From positions 64,001-128,000 of the forward strand of contig JBMNIH010000009.1 of assembly GCA_050950825.1 (NCBI GenBank): a stretch of 64,000 nt of DNA, given 5' to 3'. This DNA comes from Clostridia bacterium. GTDB lineage: Bacteria > Bacillota > Clostridia > JAAYHZ01. Positions 37,349 through 46,853 of this stretch are shown piece after piece (positions within the stretch are counted from its first letter, which is position 1; each line of letters begins with the position of its first letter). A program made the position numbers and the translations under genes. A model generated the notes under the pieces. It saw nothing but the letters and a program-made list of their open reading frames with translations, made no database searches and was not told where the DNA came from.

Positions 37349-38683
37349 ATGATTCGGGATATCATCGCGAAAAAAAGAGACGGTAAAGTGTTGACGAGCG
37401 AGGAAATCGGTTTTTTTACAAGAGGATATGCCGACGGATTCATACCGGATTATCAAGCCGCGGCACTGCTGATGGCGATGTATATAAACGGGTTGAACGA
37501 TGAAGAAACCGGATATTTGACCGAACACATGGTCAGATCCGGCAGCACGGTGAATTTAAGCGGAATAAAAGGTGTTAAAGTGGATAAACACAGTACCGGC
37601 GGAGTAGGGGATAAAACGACCTTGGTTGTTGCCCCTATCGCTGCGGCTTCCGGGGTCTATGTTCCGAAAATGTCCGGAAGAGGCTTAGGTCATACCGGAG
37701 GAACGATAGACAAGCTGGAGTCAATTCCCGGTTTTAAAACCTCTCTTACGCAAGAAGAATTCATTAAAGTCGTAAAAACCGTAGGCTTTTCCATCATCGG
37801 ACAAACGGAAAATATCGCCGTTGCCGATAAGAAAATCTATGCGCTGCGTGATGTCACCGCAACCGTGGATTCCATACCTTTAATAGCATCCAGTATAATG
37901 AGTAAGAAGCTGGCGTCGGGATGCGATTGTATCGTTCTGGATGTGAAATTGGGCTCGGGAGCATTCATGACGGATATTAAAAATGCATTGAAGCTGGCCA
38001 AAACCATGATTTCCATCGGCGAGAACGCGGGAAAACGAACCGTTTGCCTCGTAACGGATATGGACGTACCTTTGGGAAATCATATCGGCAATGCCCTTGA
38101 AGTGATGGAAGCCATAGAAACCTTAAAAGGCAACGGCCCGAAGGATTTTACCGAACTATGCATACATATTTCAGGAGCCATGATATATGCCGCCGGAAAA
38201 GCCGATAATTTTGATTCCGCAAGAGAAGCGGCTCGAAAGAGCTTGGAGAGCGGAATCGCATTGAAGCGCTTTCGAGATTTTATTTACATGCAAGGAGGAG
38301 ATCCTCGCGTCACGGAGGATTATTCTTTGCTTCCTGCGGCAAAAAAATATAGGGATGTGTTATCCGACGGGGAAGGATTTATCCGGAGAATGGACTGCAA
38401 AAAAATCGGCGTTGCGTCCATGGAATTGGGAGCCGGAAGAAAAGACCTTTCGGATACAATTCAGCTTGGTGCAGGCATTCGATTAAACAAGAAAACGGGT
38501 GATTTCGTAAACAAGGGGGAAGTCTTGGCTGTCCTTTACTCCGATGACGAGGAAAAATTGGATAAAGGGGAAGCTTTGTTGAAAGAATCGATCCGATTCG
38601 GTTCGGAACCTCTTCCGAAAAGATCGATTCTTATTGCTGCGGTAGATGCGGAGAAAACCGAAATGTTTTCATACCCGGAATAA
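37349..38683 (+). CDS. pdp: Pyrimidine-nucleoside phosphorylase
   Basis: DKHSTGGVGDK, KMSGRGLGHTGGTIDKLE, SSIMSKK. Confidence 0.96.
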   Translation: MIRDIIAKKRDGKVLTSEEIGFFTRGYADGFIPDYQAAALLMAMYINGLNDEETGYLTEHMVRSGSTVNLSGIKGVKVDKHSTGGVGDKTTLVVAPIAAASGVYVPKMSGRGLGHTGGTIDKLESIPGFKTSLTQEEFIKVVKTVGFSIIGQTENIAVADKKIYALRDVTATVDSIPLIASSIMSKKLASGCDCIVLDVKLGSGAFMTDIKNALKLAKTMISIGENAGKRTVCLVTDMDVPLGNHIGNALEVMEAIETLKGNGPKDFTELCIHISGAMIYAAGKADNFDSAREAARKSLESGIALKRFRDFIYMQGGDPRVTEDYSLLPAAKKYRDVLSDGEGFIRRMDCKKIGVASMELGAGRKDLSDTIQLGAGIRLNKKTGDFVNKGEVLAVLYSDDEEKLDKGEALLKESIRFGSEPLPKRSILIAAVDAEKTEMFSYPE

Positions 38684-38765
38684 GTTGAATCGTTAGCTTA
38701 CATCCGTGTATAATAATAACGATAATAGTACGAGTCATCAAATTCATCTTTGGGGGGTTTTATAT

Positions 38766-39965
38766 TTGAAAAAGCTGTTGTCAATTTTCCTTGTTTTTAT
38801 TTTGGCATTGCTTCCGTTTTCCGTTTTTGCGGAAACCGATCCGGATTCCTTCGATATGGCCGTTGTCAATGAAATCATGAAAAATACCGACATTTTCAAC
38901 TTAAAAGCTCGAAGCGCCATATTAATCGATGCGAAAACGGGAATGGTTCTGTATGAAAAAAATGCCGACGATCGTCTTCCTATCGCCAGCATAACCAAGA
39001 TCATGACATCCGTTATTGTGATGGACCATATTAAAGAAGGAAAACTAAATTACGATGATATGGTCACGGTTTCCGAGTATGCGTACAGCATGGGGGGTTC
39101 TCAAGTCTACTTGGAACCGGGAGAAAAGTTTACGGTTCGCGAATTGATCGAAGCCGTGGAAATCCACTCCGCCAATGACGCGGCGGTAGCGCTGGCGGAA
39201 AAGATAGCGGGCAGTGAAGATGCCTTTGTCCTTATGATGAATAACAGAGCCAAGGAATTGGGTTTAAAGGATACCGTTTTCAAAGATTGCACCGGCTTGA
39301 CCGATGAAGGACATTACAGCACCGCAAGGGAAATTGCGAAATTTTCCGCGGAACTGATTAACAAGCATCCCGAGATTTTGGAGATAACCACCACGCAATA
39401 CAAGGAGTTTCGCCCGGGACCGAATTATATTGCCATGTGGAATCGGAATCGCTTAATCTGGTTTTACAACGGTGCCAACGGCTTAAAAACCGGTTTTACC
39501 ACGGCGGCGGGCTACTGCTTGGTAGGCAGTGCCAAAAGAGAGGACTTGCAGTTAATCTCGGTGGTGCTAGGGGAGCCCAATAACAACACCCGTTTTGCCG
39601 AAACGGCAAAGCTGTTGGATTACGGTTTTTATAATTTCGAATCCGTGGATATTATAAAAAAAGACGATTATGTGAAAACCGTGGAAGTAAAAAAAGGCGT
39701 TAAGGATTCGGTGGACTTGATTTATGCGGACGATTTTTCGTATTTGATTGACAAGTCCAAAAAAGATAAATTGAAAATCGATATTGTCACCCAGGATACT
39801 TTGACGGCACCGGTAGAAAAAGGTACTATTATCGGATATGCTCGGATTACCCTTGATAAAGAAGTAATAGGGAATGTCAACATTCTGACTGCCGATACGG
39901 TGGAAAAGGCGTCTTTCTTCCGATTGTTTATTATGATGATCAAAGAATGGTTGACCTTTAAGTAA
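38766..39965 (+). CDS. dacF: D-alanyl-D-alanine carboxypeptidase (DacF-like)
   Basis: Signal peptide, ASITK, SAND, KTG; TTG start after GGGGG; follows pdp. Confidence 0.78.
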   Translation: MKKLLSIFLVFILALLPFSVFAETDPDSFDMAVVNEIMKNTDIFNLKARSAILIDAKTGMVLYEKNADDRLPIASITKIMTSVIVMDHIKEGKLNYDDMVTVSEYAYSMGGSQVYLEPGEKFTVRELIEAVEIHSANDAAVALAEKIAGSEDAFVLMMNNRAKELGLKDTVFKDCTGLTDEGHYSTAREIAKFSAELINKHPEILEITTTQYKEFRPGPNYIAMWNRNRLIWFYNGANGLKTGFTTAAGYCLVGSAKREDLQLISVVLGEPNNNTRFAETAKLLDYGFYNFESVDIIKKDDYVKTVEVKKGVKDSVDLIYADDFSYLIDKSKKDKLKIDIVTQDTLTAPVEKGTIIGYARITLDKEVIGNVNILTADTVEKASFFRLFIMMIKEWLTFK

Positions 39966-40011
39966 TAGGTGAAGATGACAATGGAAATACAACGAGAGGA
40001 TTTTTTGAAGA

Positions 40012-40674
40012 ATGAATAAGCTTTGGAATGCCGTTTCGGATTTGGTCTATATGATTCCGGTGGTTTTGTCCCTTCCTTTTCATGAGTTCGCGCATGCGTT
40101 TGTGTCATACAAATTGGGAGACCCTACGGCAAAGGAGCAGGGAAGGCTGACGCTAAACCCCTTGAAGCATTTAGACCCTTTAGGGACGCTCCTCATGTTT
40201 TTGGCTCACATCGGTTGGGCAAAGCCGGTACCCATAAATCCCCTGTATTACAAGAACAGAAAGCTGGGAACCCTTTTGGTGGCTTTGGCAGGTCCCTTTT
40301 CGAATTTGCTTTTGTCTTTTTTATTCAGCATATTTTTAGGGATTTTGAATGTCTATTTGTTAAATCATGACCTTAATGGGTTTACCATTGCCTTAATCAA
40401 TATATTCTATTTGTTTATTCATGTAAACGTGTACTTGGCCATTTTCAACCTCATACCCGTTCCTCCGTTGGACGGGTCTAAGGTTTTAGGCGGGATACTG
40501 CCGGATCAGAAATATTGGTCGTTTTTGCAGTATGAACGAACCATCGGTTTAATCTTCCTTCTCGTTATTATCTTTTTCCGTGCCCAATTCTCGATGGTTC
40601 TGAATTTCATCGCTTCGCCGATTATCCGTGTTGTTATGAAGGCCGGATTCGGTTTGGTGGATCTTTTTGCATAG
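40012..40674 (+). CDS. Site-2 protease (peptidase M50)
   Basis: HEFAH, GRLTLNP, AGPFSN, NLIPVPPLDG. Confidence 0.93.
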   Translation: MNKLWNAVSDLVYMIPVVLSLPFHEFAHAFVSYKLGDPTAKEQGRLTLNPLKHLDPLGTLLMFLAHIGWAKPVPINPLYYKNRKLGTLLVALAGPFSNLLLSFLFSIFLGILNVYLLNHDLNGFTIALINIFYLFIHVNVYLAIFNLIPVPPLDGSKVLGGILPDQKYWSFLQYERTIGLIFLLVIIFFRAQFSMVLNFIASPIIRVVMKAGFGLVDLFA

Positions 40675-40704
40675 TGAAAGATATTTCCTTACTGCACCCT
40701 CGTA

Positions 40705-40733
40705 TTGACTTTTTTTGCATGAGCCAATACAAT
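40705..40733 (+). promoter_or_regulatory. Sigma-A promoter of scpAB
   Basis: TTGACT-N17-TACAAT. Confidence 0.65.
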
Positions 40734-40759
40734 AATATGGAAATTTCCATGGAGGCTTA

Positions 40760-41569
40760 ATGATTTTGCAGGTATCGGAACAAACGGACAATCCTGTTCT
40801 GTTAAAACTGAATAATTTCGAAGGTCCTTTTGAACTGCTGTTTCATCTCCTTGAAAAGAACGAGATGGATATTTACGATATCGACATCAATGCCATCGCC
40901 GATCAATATCTCGAATATTTATCCGGAATGGAGCGGCTTGATTTGGACATTGCCAGCGAGTTTCTTGTTATGGCGGCGACGCTGTTACATATTAAGTCGA
41001 GAATGCTTTTACCGGATAAAAAAGTGCAGGAGGATGAAGAGGAACCGGATCCGAAGGAAGAATTGGTTATTCGTTTGTTGGAGTATAAGAAGTATAAGAC
41101 GGCGGCTGAAATATTAAAGGATAAAGAAGAAAAATGGAAGGACTGTTTCTATAAAGTACCGGAAGCCGTCGAATACCGAAGAGAATACGAAAATACTCCC
41201 ATGTCGATATCGGACTTGGCGGATGCGTATCGATATTTGCATCAAGCCTTTGTTAACAAGAGCAATAAAAATCGAAAGAATATCGTATCTCTTCTAAAAC
41301 ACGAGCTTTATTCCGTAAAAAACAAGCTGAAGGAAATTACGGAGCTGTTTCGTAGAAAGAAGGAATTTAATTTTAATCGAACATTCGATTTGCGAAAGCG
41401 CCACCGTCTGGATGTCATTTCCGGATTTCTGGCCGTATTGGAATTGGCGAAATTCCACAAGGTGACGTTAAACCAAAGAAATATCAACGACGATATTATT
41501 GTCAGAAAGGTCGACGATATTAAGCTTACCGAATTGAAAGAGATTATGGAAGAATCGACGGAGGTATAA
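40760..41569 (+). CDS. scpA: Segregation and condensation protein A
   Basis: FEGPFELL, SEFLVMAATLLHIKSRMLLP, FLAVLEL. Confidence 0.95.
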   Translation: MILQVSEQTDNPVLLKLNNFEGPFELLFHLLEKNEMDIYDIDINAIADQYLEYLSGMERLDLDIASEFLVMAATLLHIKSRMLLPDKKVQEDEEEPDPKEELVIRLLEYKKYKTAAEILKDKEEKWKDCFYKVPEAVEYRREYENTPMSISDLADAYRYLHQAFVNKSNKNRKNIVSLLKHELYSVKNKLKEITELFRRKKEFNFNRTFDLRKRHRLDVISGFLAVLELAKFHKVTLNQRNINDDIIVRKVDDIKLTELKEIMEESTEV

Positions 41570-42102
41570 TGCTGGATCAAAAAACGATTGAAGGCATCAT
41601 TGAAGCCATGCTGTTTGTACACGGGGATCCTTTGCCCTTATCAAAGATATGCGAAGCCATAGGGATGGATGAATCATCCGTTTATGCCATATTGGAAAGC
41701 ATGATGAAAAAATACTCGGCTTCGGACCGAGGGATTCAACTTCGTAAAATTAAAGACAGCTACCAATTTTGTACCAAGCAAGAGTATGCATCTTATGTGT
41801 CGAAAATCTACGTAAAGCATATCAGTCAAACTCTTTCGAATGCCGCCTTCGAAACGCTGGCCATTATTGCATACAACGAGCCGGTTACGAAAGCGACCAT
41901 AGAACAGATACGAGGTGTATCCAGCGACAGCTCCGTAACAAAGCTTTTGGAAAGAAACCTGATACGAGAAGCAGGCAAGCTGGATGCGCCGGGACGCCCC
42001 GTACTCTACGAAACCACCGAAGAGTTTCTTCGCTGTTTCGGCCTATCAAGTCTCGACGAATTACCTCCGGTCGATACCCTGTTGAATGCGGATAAAAAAT
42101 AG
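41569..42102 (+). CDS. scpB: Segregation and condensation protein B
   Basis: LSNAAFETLAIIAY, IRGV, PGRPVLYETT..FL..FGL..LDELP. Confidence 0.96.
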   Translation: MLDQKTIEGIIEAMLFVHGDPLPLSKICEAIGMDESSVYAILESMMKKYSASDRGIQLRKIKDSYQFCTKQEYASYVSKIYVKHISQTLSNAAFETLAIIAYNEPVTKATIEQIRGVSSDSSVTKLLERNLIREAGKLDAPGRPVLYETTEEFLRCFGLSSLDELPPVDTLLNADKK

Positions 42103-42107
42103 CTTTT

Positions 42108-42596
42108 TTAAGATAAGGTATTTTCCGTCGTTTTTTGCTCGGCGGATGGGCCGGTTTTTTGTTTGTCGGTTTTTTCAAATGTATCCTTCGTTTCTTTATT
42201 CTCTTTCGTGTCTTTCTTTTTAAACAGATCCGGGATTAAATCCAGCAATTTATCAACGGAAGCATTGGTGTTGACCGACAAAAGCTTTACGGTACCGTTT
42301 GTCACGGTCATAAATGCCACCGGACTGATGCTGACTCCCGCAGCGCTTCCTCCGGCAAAGGGCAACTCCTCGTTATTGCCGGTTTGTGCGTTATGGGAAG
42401 TATTTTGCTTTTCCTGTCCGTTTTTTGTGAATTCACCTCCGCCGGAAGCAAATCCAAAGCTGACTCTGGATACCGGTATAATGTATGTTCCGTCTCCCGT
42501 TTGAATCGTGTCTCCGATAATGGTGTTGACATCCACCATTTCTTTAATGCTTCTCATAGCCGTGTCCATTAAACCTTCAATAGGATGTTGGGACAT
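42108..42596 (-). CDS. ytfJ: Sporulation/germination protein YtfJ (GerW)
   Basis: HPIEGLM..IKEMVDVNTIIG, IIPVSRVSFGFASGG, PFAGGSAAGVSISP. Confidence 0.93.
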   Translation of the reverse strand: MSQHPIEGLMDTAMRSIKEMVDVNTIIGDTIQTGDGTYIIPVSRVSFGFASGGGEFTKNGQEKQNTSHNAQTGNNEELPFAGGSAAGVSISPVAFMTVTNGTVKLLSVNTNASVDKLLDLIPDLFKKKDTKENKETKDTFEKTDKQKTGPSAEQKTTENTLS

Positions 42597-43119
42597 ATTC
42601 TTCGCTCCTTTTTTCTTTCTTTTTCTCTTTTACGTACTTGATAATAAGCGTTATTATTTTCCCAACCTTAGAAGATAATATACACTTAATATGAGAACGG
42701 CTTTCGTTTACGGTCAAGCGGATTTGAACATTGCTTTTTTTATTTTGTCGATAAGATTCCGAAATGCCGTTTACAATATTGGATATACCTAAAAGAATAG
42801 AATATATGTCCTGCTCATCGGTTGTAAAATTCAATAAACAATCGACTTCCTCAATTTTCAAGTGGGCATCTCTTAAAGAGCGTAGGATGAATAAGAAATA
42901 GTTATCGGATTCTTGTTCTTTTTTCTTAAAAAAATTGCCTATGGCGTTCCAAATCTCTTCTCGGGAATAAGTTACTTTTTTAACGGCAATATTGAATATG
43001 CTAAAAATCAGTACGACATATTCCGCTTCGTCCTGATCCGAAACTTGTATTTTTATGAAAAACTTCATCCGTAAAAAAAGCAACAACAAAATGAAGAGGG
43101 ATAAAATCACATACCACAT
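42577..43119 (-). CDS. YtfI/DUF2953-like membrane-anchored protein
   Basis: N-terminal TM helix and position directly upstream of ytfJ; weak sequence evidence; start 43119 or 43137. Confidence 0.6.
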   Translation of the reverse strand: MWYVILSLFILLLLFLRMKFFIKIQVSDQDEAEYVVLIFSIFNIAVKKVTYSREEIWNAIGNFFKKKEQESDNYFLFILRSLRDAHLKIEEVDCLLNFTTDEQDIYSILLGISNIVNGISESYRQNKKSNVQIRLTVNESRSHIKCILSSKVGKIITLIIKYVKEKKKEKRSEEYVPTSY

Positions 43120-43178
43120 ATGATTTATTATTATCACATCCGGTATGAATATACATTCTATGTTATTTATCCCTGATA

Positions 43179-44357
43179 TCAGAAGCTATAGCATTCTTCG
43201 GTTATCTTTTCCGCAAACTCTTTTAACAAAGACGGATAACGTTCGTTTAAATAGGTTAAAACGGTGTACTTCGGTGAAATTTTATACCCGTAAACCAAGC
43301 TGTCTTTAAAATCCTCTTTGGATACGTCAAGCTCCGAGGGAGATATTTTCGCGCCTGCGGACAGCAAAACATTTCGAACGTATTCCGAAGAAGGCCCTTG
43401 AATGTTTTGCGGAATAAGGTCTTTGGCCAGCTCGTACATGCGGCTTATGACGATTGCGCCTACACCCACCGATTCGCCGTGCAGAGCGTGTTCTTTATTC
43501 CTTCGTATGGCACTCAAATCCCAAAAATGAGCCAAATGATGTTCCGCCCCCGATGCAGGCCGAGTATTTTTATTTAATCCCATGGTAACGCCGGCAATGG
43601 TTAGAGCTTCAAAAACACGGGCTACCGCTTCTTTGTCGTTATTGCGAACGCCGGCTGCATTCTCTATACACCGGTTCACCGCTTGGTTGACCATATCCGT
43701 AATGACGGGACATTTTACTTCTTGCAGAAGAGTAACGCCTAAGTCCCAGTCCGTGAGAGCGGTTAGCTTTCCGATCACGTCGCCAAAGCCCGCTTTGATC
43801 ATTCTTCCGGGGGCTTTTTGGAGGACTTCTTCATCGGCGAAAATCCCTTTCGGCAATTGACCGGGAATGGTGTCTTTGATATCGTCGATAATCAGGGAGG
43901 AGGTGGCGGAAGCATATCCGTCCATGGAAGGCGCCGTGCAAACCACCATGTAGGGAATCTTCATTTTCCGGCTGACCAAACGGGTAATGTCGTTAATCAC
44001 TCCGGAGCCTACGGCTACCATCAAAGCGATGTCGCCGGATACCTCGATGACCATTTTTCCGATTTGGCGATTGTCCGGAAGCAAATCGTGTTTCGAACGG
44101 AAAATATAGAGGGAAGAATTCATTCCGGCATTCAAGAAGGCTTCTTGGACTTCCGCAGCGTAAGCTTTGTATGTATTTTGATCGCAAACAACCAGAACGG
44201 GACCGCCTTTCGCATACTTTTCGGCGGCTTTAACAACGTTTTCAAGAATGTTCCGACCGTATACGATTTGATCAATATTTAAAGAATGGTGCATGCCGCA
44301 TTCACAATCGAATGACAACCTTGATAAATCTTCAAGTTTCAGGTTCAATACGTTCAC
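43179..44357 (-). CDS. sn-glycerol-1-phosphate dehydrogenase family (AraM/EgsA-like)
   Basis: CECGMHH, GSGVIND, PSMDGYAS, GFGDVIGK, SGAEHHLAH, HGESVG; GTG start after AAGGAG. Confidence 0.85.
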   Translation of the reverse strand: MNVLNLKLEDLSRLSFDCECGMHHSLNIDQIVYGRNILENVVKAAEKYAKGGPVLVVCDQNTYKAYAAEVQEAFLNAGMNSSLYIFRSKHDLLPDNRQIGKMVIEVSGDIALMVAVGSGVINDITRLVSRKMKIPYMVVCTAPSMDGYASATSSLIIDDIKDTIPGQLPKGIFADEEVLQKAPGRMIKAGFGDVIGKLTALTDWDLGVTLLQEVKCPVITDMVNQAVNRCIENAAGVRNNDKEAVARVFEALTIAGVTMGLNKNTRPASGAEHHLAHFWDLSAIRRNKEHALHGESVGVGAIVISRMYELAKDLIPQNIQGPSSEYVRNVLLSAGAKISPSELDVSKEDFKDSLVYGYKISPKYTVLTYLNERYPSLLKEFAEKITEECYSF

Positions 44358-44448
44358 CTTCAAATCTCCTTTTTTTTCTTTTTATTATAGCATAAATCGA
44401 TAGATACCATGAGAACATTACCGATCTTTGAATTACCGTATTTTTTTC

Positions 44449-44497
44449 TTGATTTCAATTCTTGATTTCAGTACAATATTTACTATTAGTAAATATT
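44449..44497 (+). promoter_or_regulatory. Promoter with overlapping palindromic operator (probable MarR site)
   Basis: TTGATT-N17-TACAAT; perfect dyad AATATTTACTA-T-TAGTAAATATT at 44475-44497. Confidence 0.75.
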
Positions 44498-44516
44498 AAA
44501 CTATGAAAGATAGAGG

Positions 44517-44987
44517 ATGACTTCGGTGATGGAAACAAATTTCATGGAGCTTCACGATTTGTACAAGAAAGTGGAGTACCTTTACCGCGAAAGGGTAAAG
44601 GGCATCCTCGGTCCTCTTAAACTCAGCAATTTGGAGTTTCGTTACCTCAAAAACATTGAAGAAGACGAAAGACCGACCATATCCGAAATTTCGCAAAGGT
44701 TGAGCAAGCATAACAGCAATATTACCGGTCTTCTGGACAGTTTAGAGAAGAAAGGGTATATTCGTAGGACAATGGATACCGTCGACAGGCGGATCATTCG
44801 AATCGAGTACACTCAAGAGGGACTGTCAAAGCGGGAGGAAGCATTGAAAATCTTTGAAAACAAAGTGAGTTTGTTTTTACAAGATGTGCCTTCTCCGGTT
44901 TTGGAACAGTCCTTTCGAGTTTTACGCTATTTTGCGGAGAAATTGGACGAAGGGAAAATAAATATGGAAGAAAAGAGGGATGCGTAA
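44517..44987 (+). CDS. MarR-family transcriptional regulator
   Basis: TISEIS..SNITGLLDSLEKKGYIRR..DRR. Confidence 0.9.
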   Translation: MTSVMETNFMELHDLYKKVEYLYRERVKGILGPLKLSNLEFRYLKNIEEDERPTISEISQRLSKHNSNITGLLDSLEKKGYIRRTMDTVDRRIIRIEYTQEGLSKREEALKIFENKVSLFLQDVPSPVLEQSFRVLRYFAEKLDEGKINMEEKRDA

Positions 44988-46853
44988 TTGGAAACACAAA
45001 TGTATGGCCGCCAAGGCCAAAGGATGAAAAAGAGCAAGTGGGTTCGGGATTTTGAACAGAGCAATGAAAAATTGGTCGTAAAATTTATTCAAGCGAATAA
45101 AATACGATATTTGTTCGGACTCATTGTATTTGCAGGTGTTAATGCTCTCGAAATTCTGACTCCACGGCTTACGGGCCAAATCATCGACCAATTGTATGAG
45201 CGGCTACCGGACTTAAATTTGATTAAAAAATTGTGTATAGCTATCTTCGGTATATCGATCGCCGTTATGGTTCTACAGTTTTTCGGTCGTTTGTTAGTCC
45301 TCGGCGCAGGTATTCTTTTCGATGTCCTTATGAGGAAAAAGCTGTTTCGAAAATTGCTGACTTTGTCCATGAGCTTCTTTTACAAAAAGTCCATCGGAGA
45401 CATTATGGCGCTATCCATCAACGACTTAAGCGCCATCAACAATGCCATCGGCCGCGGAGCCATGATCATGTGCAACATGATCATTTTGGCAATCGCAAGC
45501 ATTATAGCTATGGGTGAATCCATGAGTTATAGACTGACGCTGATGATCTTTATTCCGCTGCCCCTGCTCGTCTTTACCATGTTTAAATTCGGGACGGTTA
45601 TCAACCGAAAATCCCGGAAGGTGCAAGACCGCTTCGGGCAATTAAGCGGAAAAGTGCAGGAGAATATCAGCGGGATTCGCGTGGTCAAATCCTTTGTTCG
45701 AGAAGAAACCGAGCAGAAGGCCTTTGAAGAGGTCAACCAAGCCCATTACAATGCGGAGGTTGAATTGGCATTCGTGCAGGGACTTTTTATGCCCTTGATT
45801 TCTTTCATATCCAGCTTCTGCTATTTGATACTTATCTATTTCGGCGGAAGGTCGGTAATTTTGGACCGTACCATATCCATCGGCGACTTTGTTGCCGCCA
45901 CCAGCTATATCAGCATGCTGATTCGACCTATGCAAATGTTAGGAAGGTTGTTGAGTATGGTTCAAAGAGGGAAGGCTTCTTTAGGAAGAATCTACGACCT
46001 GTTCAACGAGAAGCCCGATATCTACGACAATAAATTTAATCAAAACAAGGTTGAAATCAAAGACAATCGATTGGAAGGAAAAATCGAATTCAAAAATCTT
46101 ACCTTCGCTTACAACGAAGAAAACGGAGACGTGTTGAAAAACATTGATCTTACCATCAATCCCGGAGAGACCGTCGCCTTTATAGGACCGGTGGGTTCCG
46201 GGAAAAGTACCGTATCGAACCTTTTGATCCGTTTGTTCGATACGAAGGAACGCGGACAGCTTTTAATCGACGGCATGGATATTGCGGACATTCCGTTGAA
46301 AACCTTACGTGCTAACATCGGTTACATACCGCAGGACAACTTCTTATTCTCCGATACCATTCGGTACAACATTGCTTTTACGCCGGAGGATTTGAAGGAT
46401 GAAGAAGTTGAAGAAGCCGCGAAAGCAAGCGACATTTACGATACGATTATGAATCTTCCTGACAAATGGGAAACCTTGTTAGGGGAAAAAGGAGTCAACT
46501 TATCCGGAGGGCAAAAGCAAAGGCTTTGTATCGCCCGTGCTATCGCCAAAAACGCACCGATCATGATATTTGACGACTGCTTATCCGCCGTGGATATGGA
46601 AACGGAAAGCCGTATTCTAAAATCGCTTAAAGACGTTCAAAGCAACCGTACATGTATTATAATTGCTCATCGAATCTCCACCGTTAAGAATGCGGATAAA
46701 ATCGTTGTTTTAAATAAAGGAAGAATCGTTGAAATGGGTAACCACGAAGAGCTTTTGGAAAAACGAGGCTATTACTACAAAGCGTACAGCATCCAATTGC
46801 TGGAGCAGCAGTACGGGGCCGGATTAAGAAACAAGGAAGGAGTGAGAGCATGA
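44988..46853 (+). CDS. ABC exporter subunit (TMD-NBD, YheI-like)
   Basis: GPVGSGKS, LSGGQKQR, degenerate Walker B FDDCLSAVD. Confidence 0.93.
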   Translation: METQMYGRQGQRMKKSKWVRDFEQSNEKLVVKFIQANKIRYLFGLIVFAGVNALEILTPRLTGQIIDQLYERLPDLNLIKKLCIAIFGISIAVMVLQFFGRLLVLGAGILFDVLMRKKLFRKLLTLSMSFFYKKSIGDIMALSINDLSAINNAIGRGAMIMCNMIILAIASIIAMGESMSYRLTLMIFIPLPLLVFTMFKFGTVINRKSRKVQDRFGQLSGKVQENISGIRVVKSFVREETEQKAFEEVNQAHYNAEVELAFVQGLFMPLISFISSFCYLILIYFGGRSVILDRTISIGDFVAATSYISMLIRPMQMLGRLLSMVQRGKASLGRIYDLFNEKPDIYDNKFNQNKVEIKDNRLEGKIEFKNLTFAYNEENGDVLKNIDLTINPGETVAFIGPVGSGKSTVSNLLIRLFDTKERGQLLIDGMDIADIPLKTLRANIGYIPQDNFLFSDTIRYNIAFTPEDLKDEEVEEAAKASDIYDTIMNLPDKWETLLGEKGVNLSGGQKQRLCIARAIAKNAPIMIFDDCLSAVDMETESRILKSLKDVQSNRTCIIIAHRISTVKNADKIVVLNKGRIVEMGNHEELLEKRGYYYKAYSIQLLEQQYGAGLRNKEGVRA

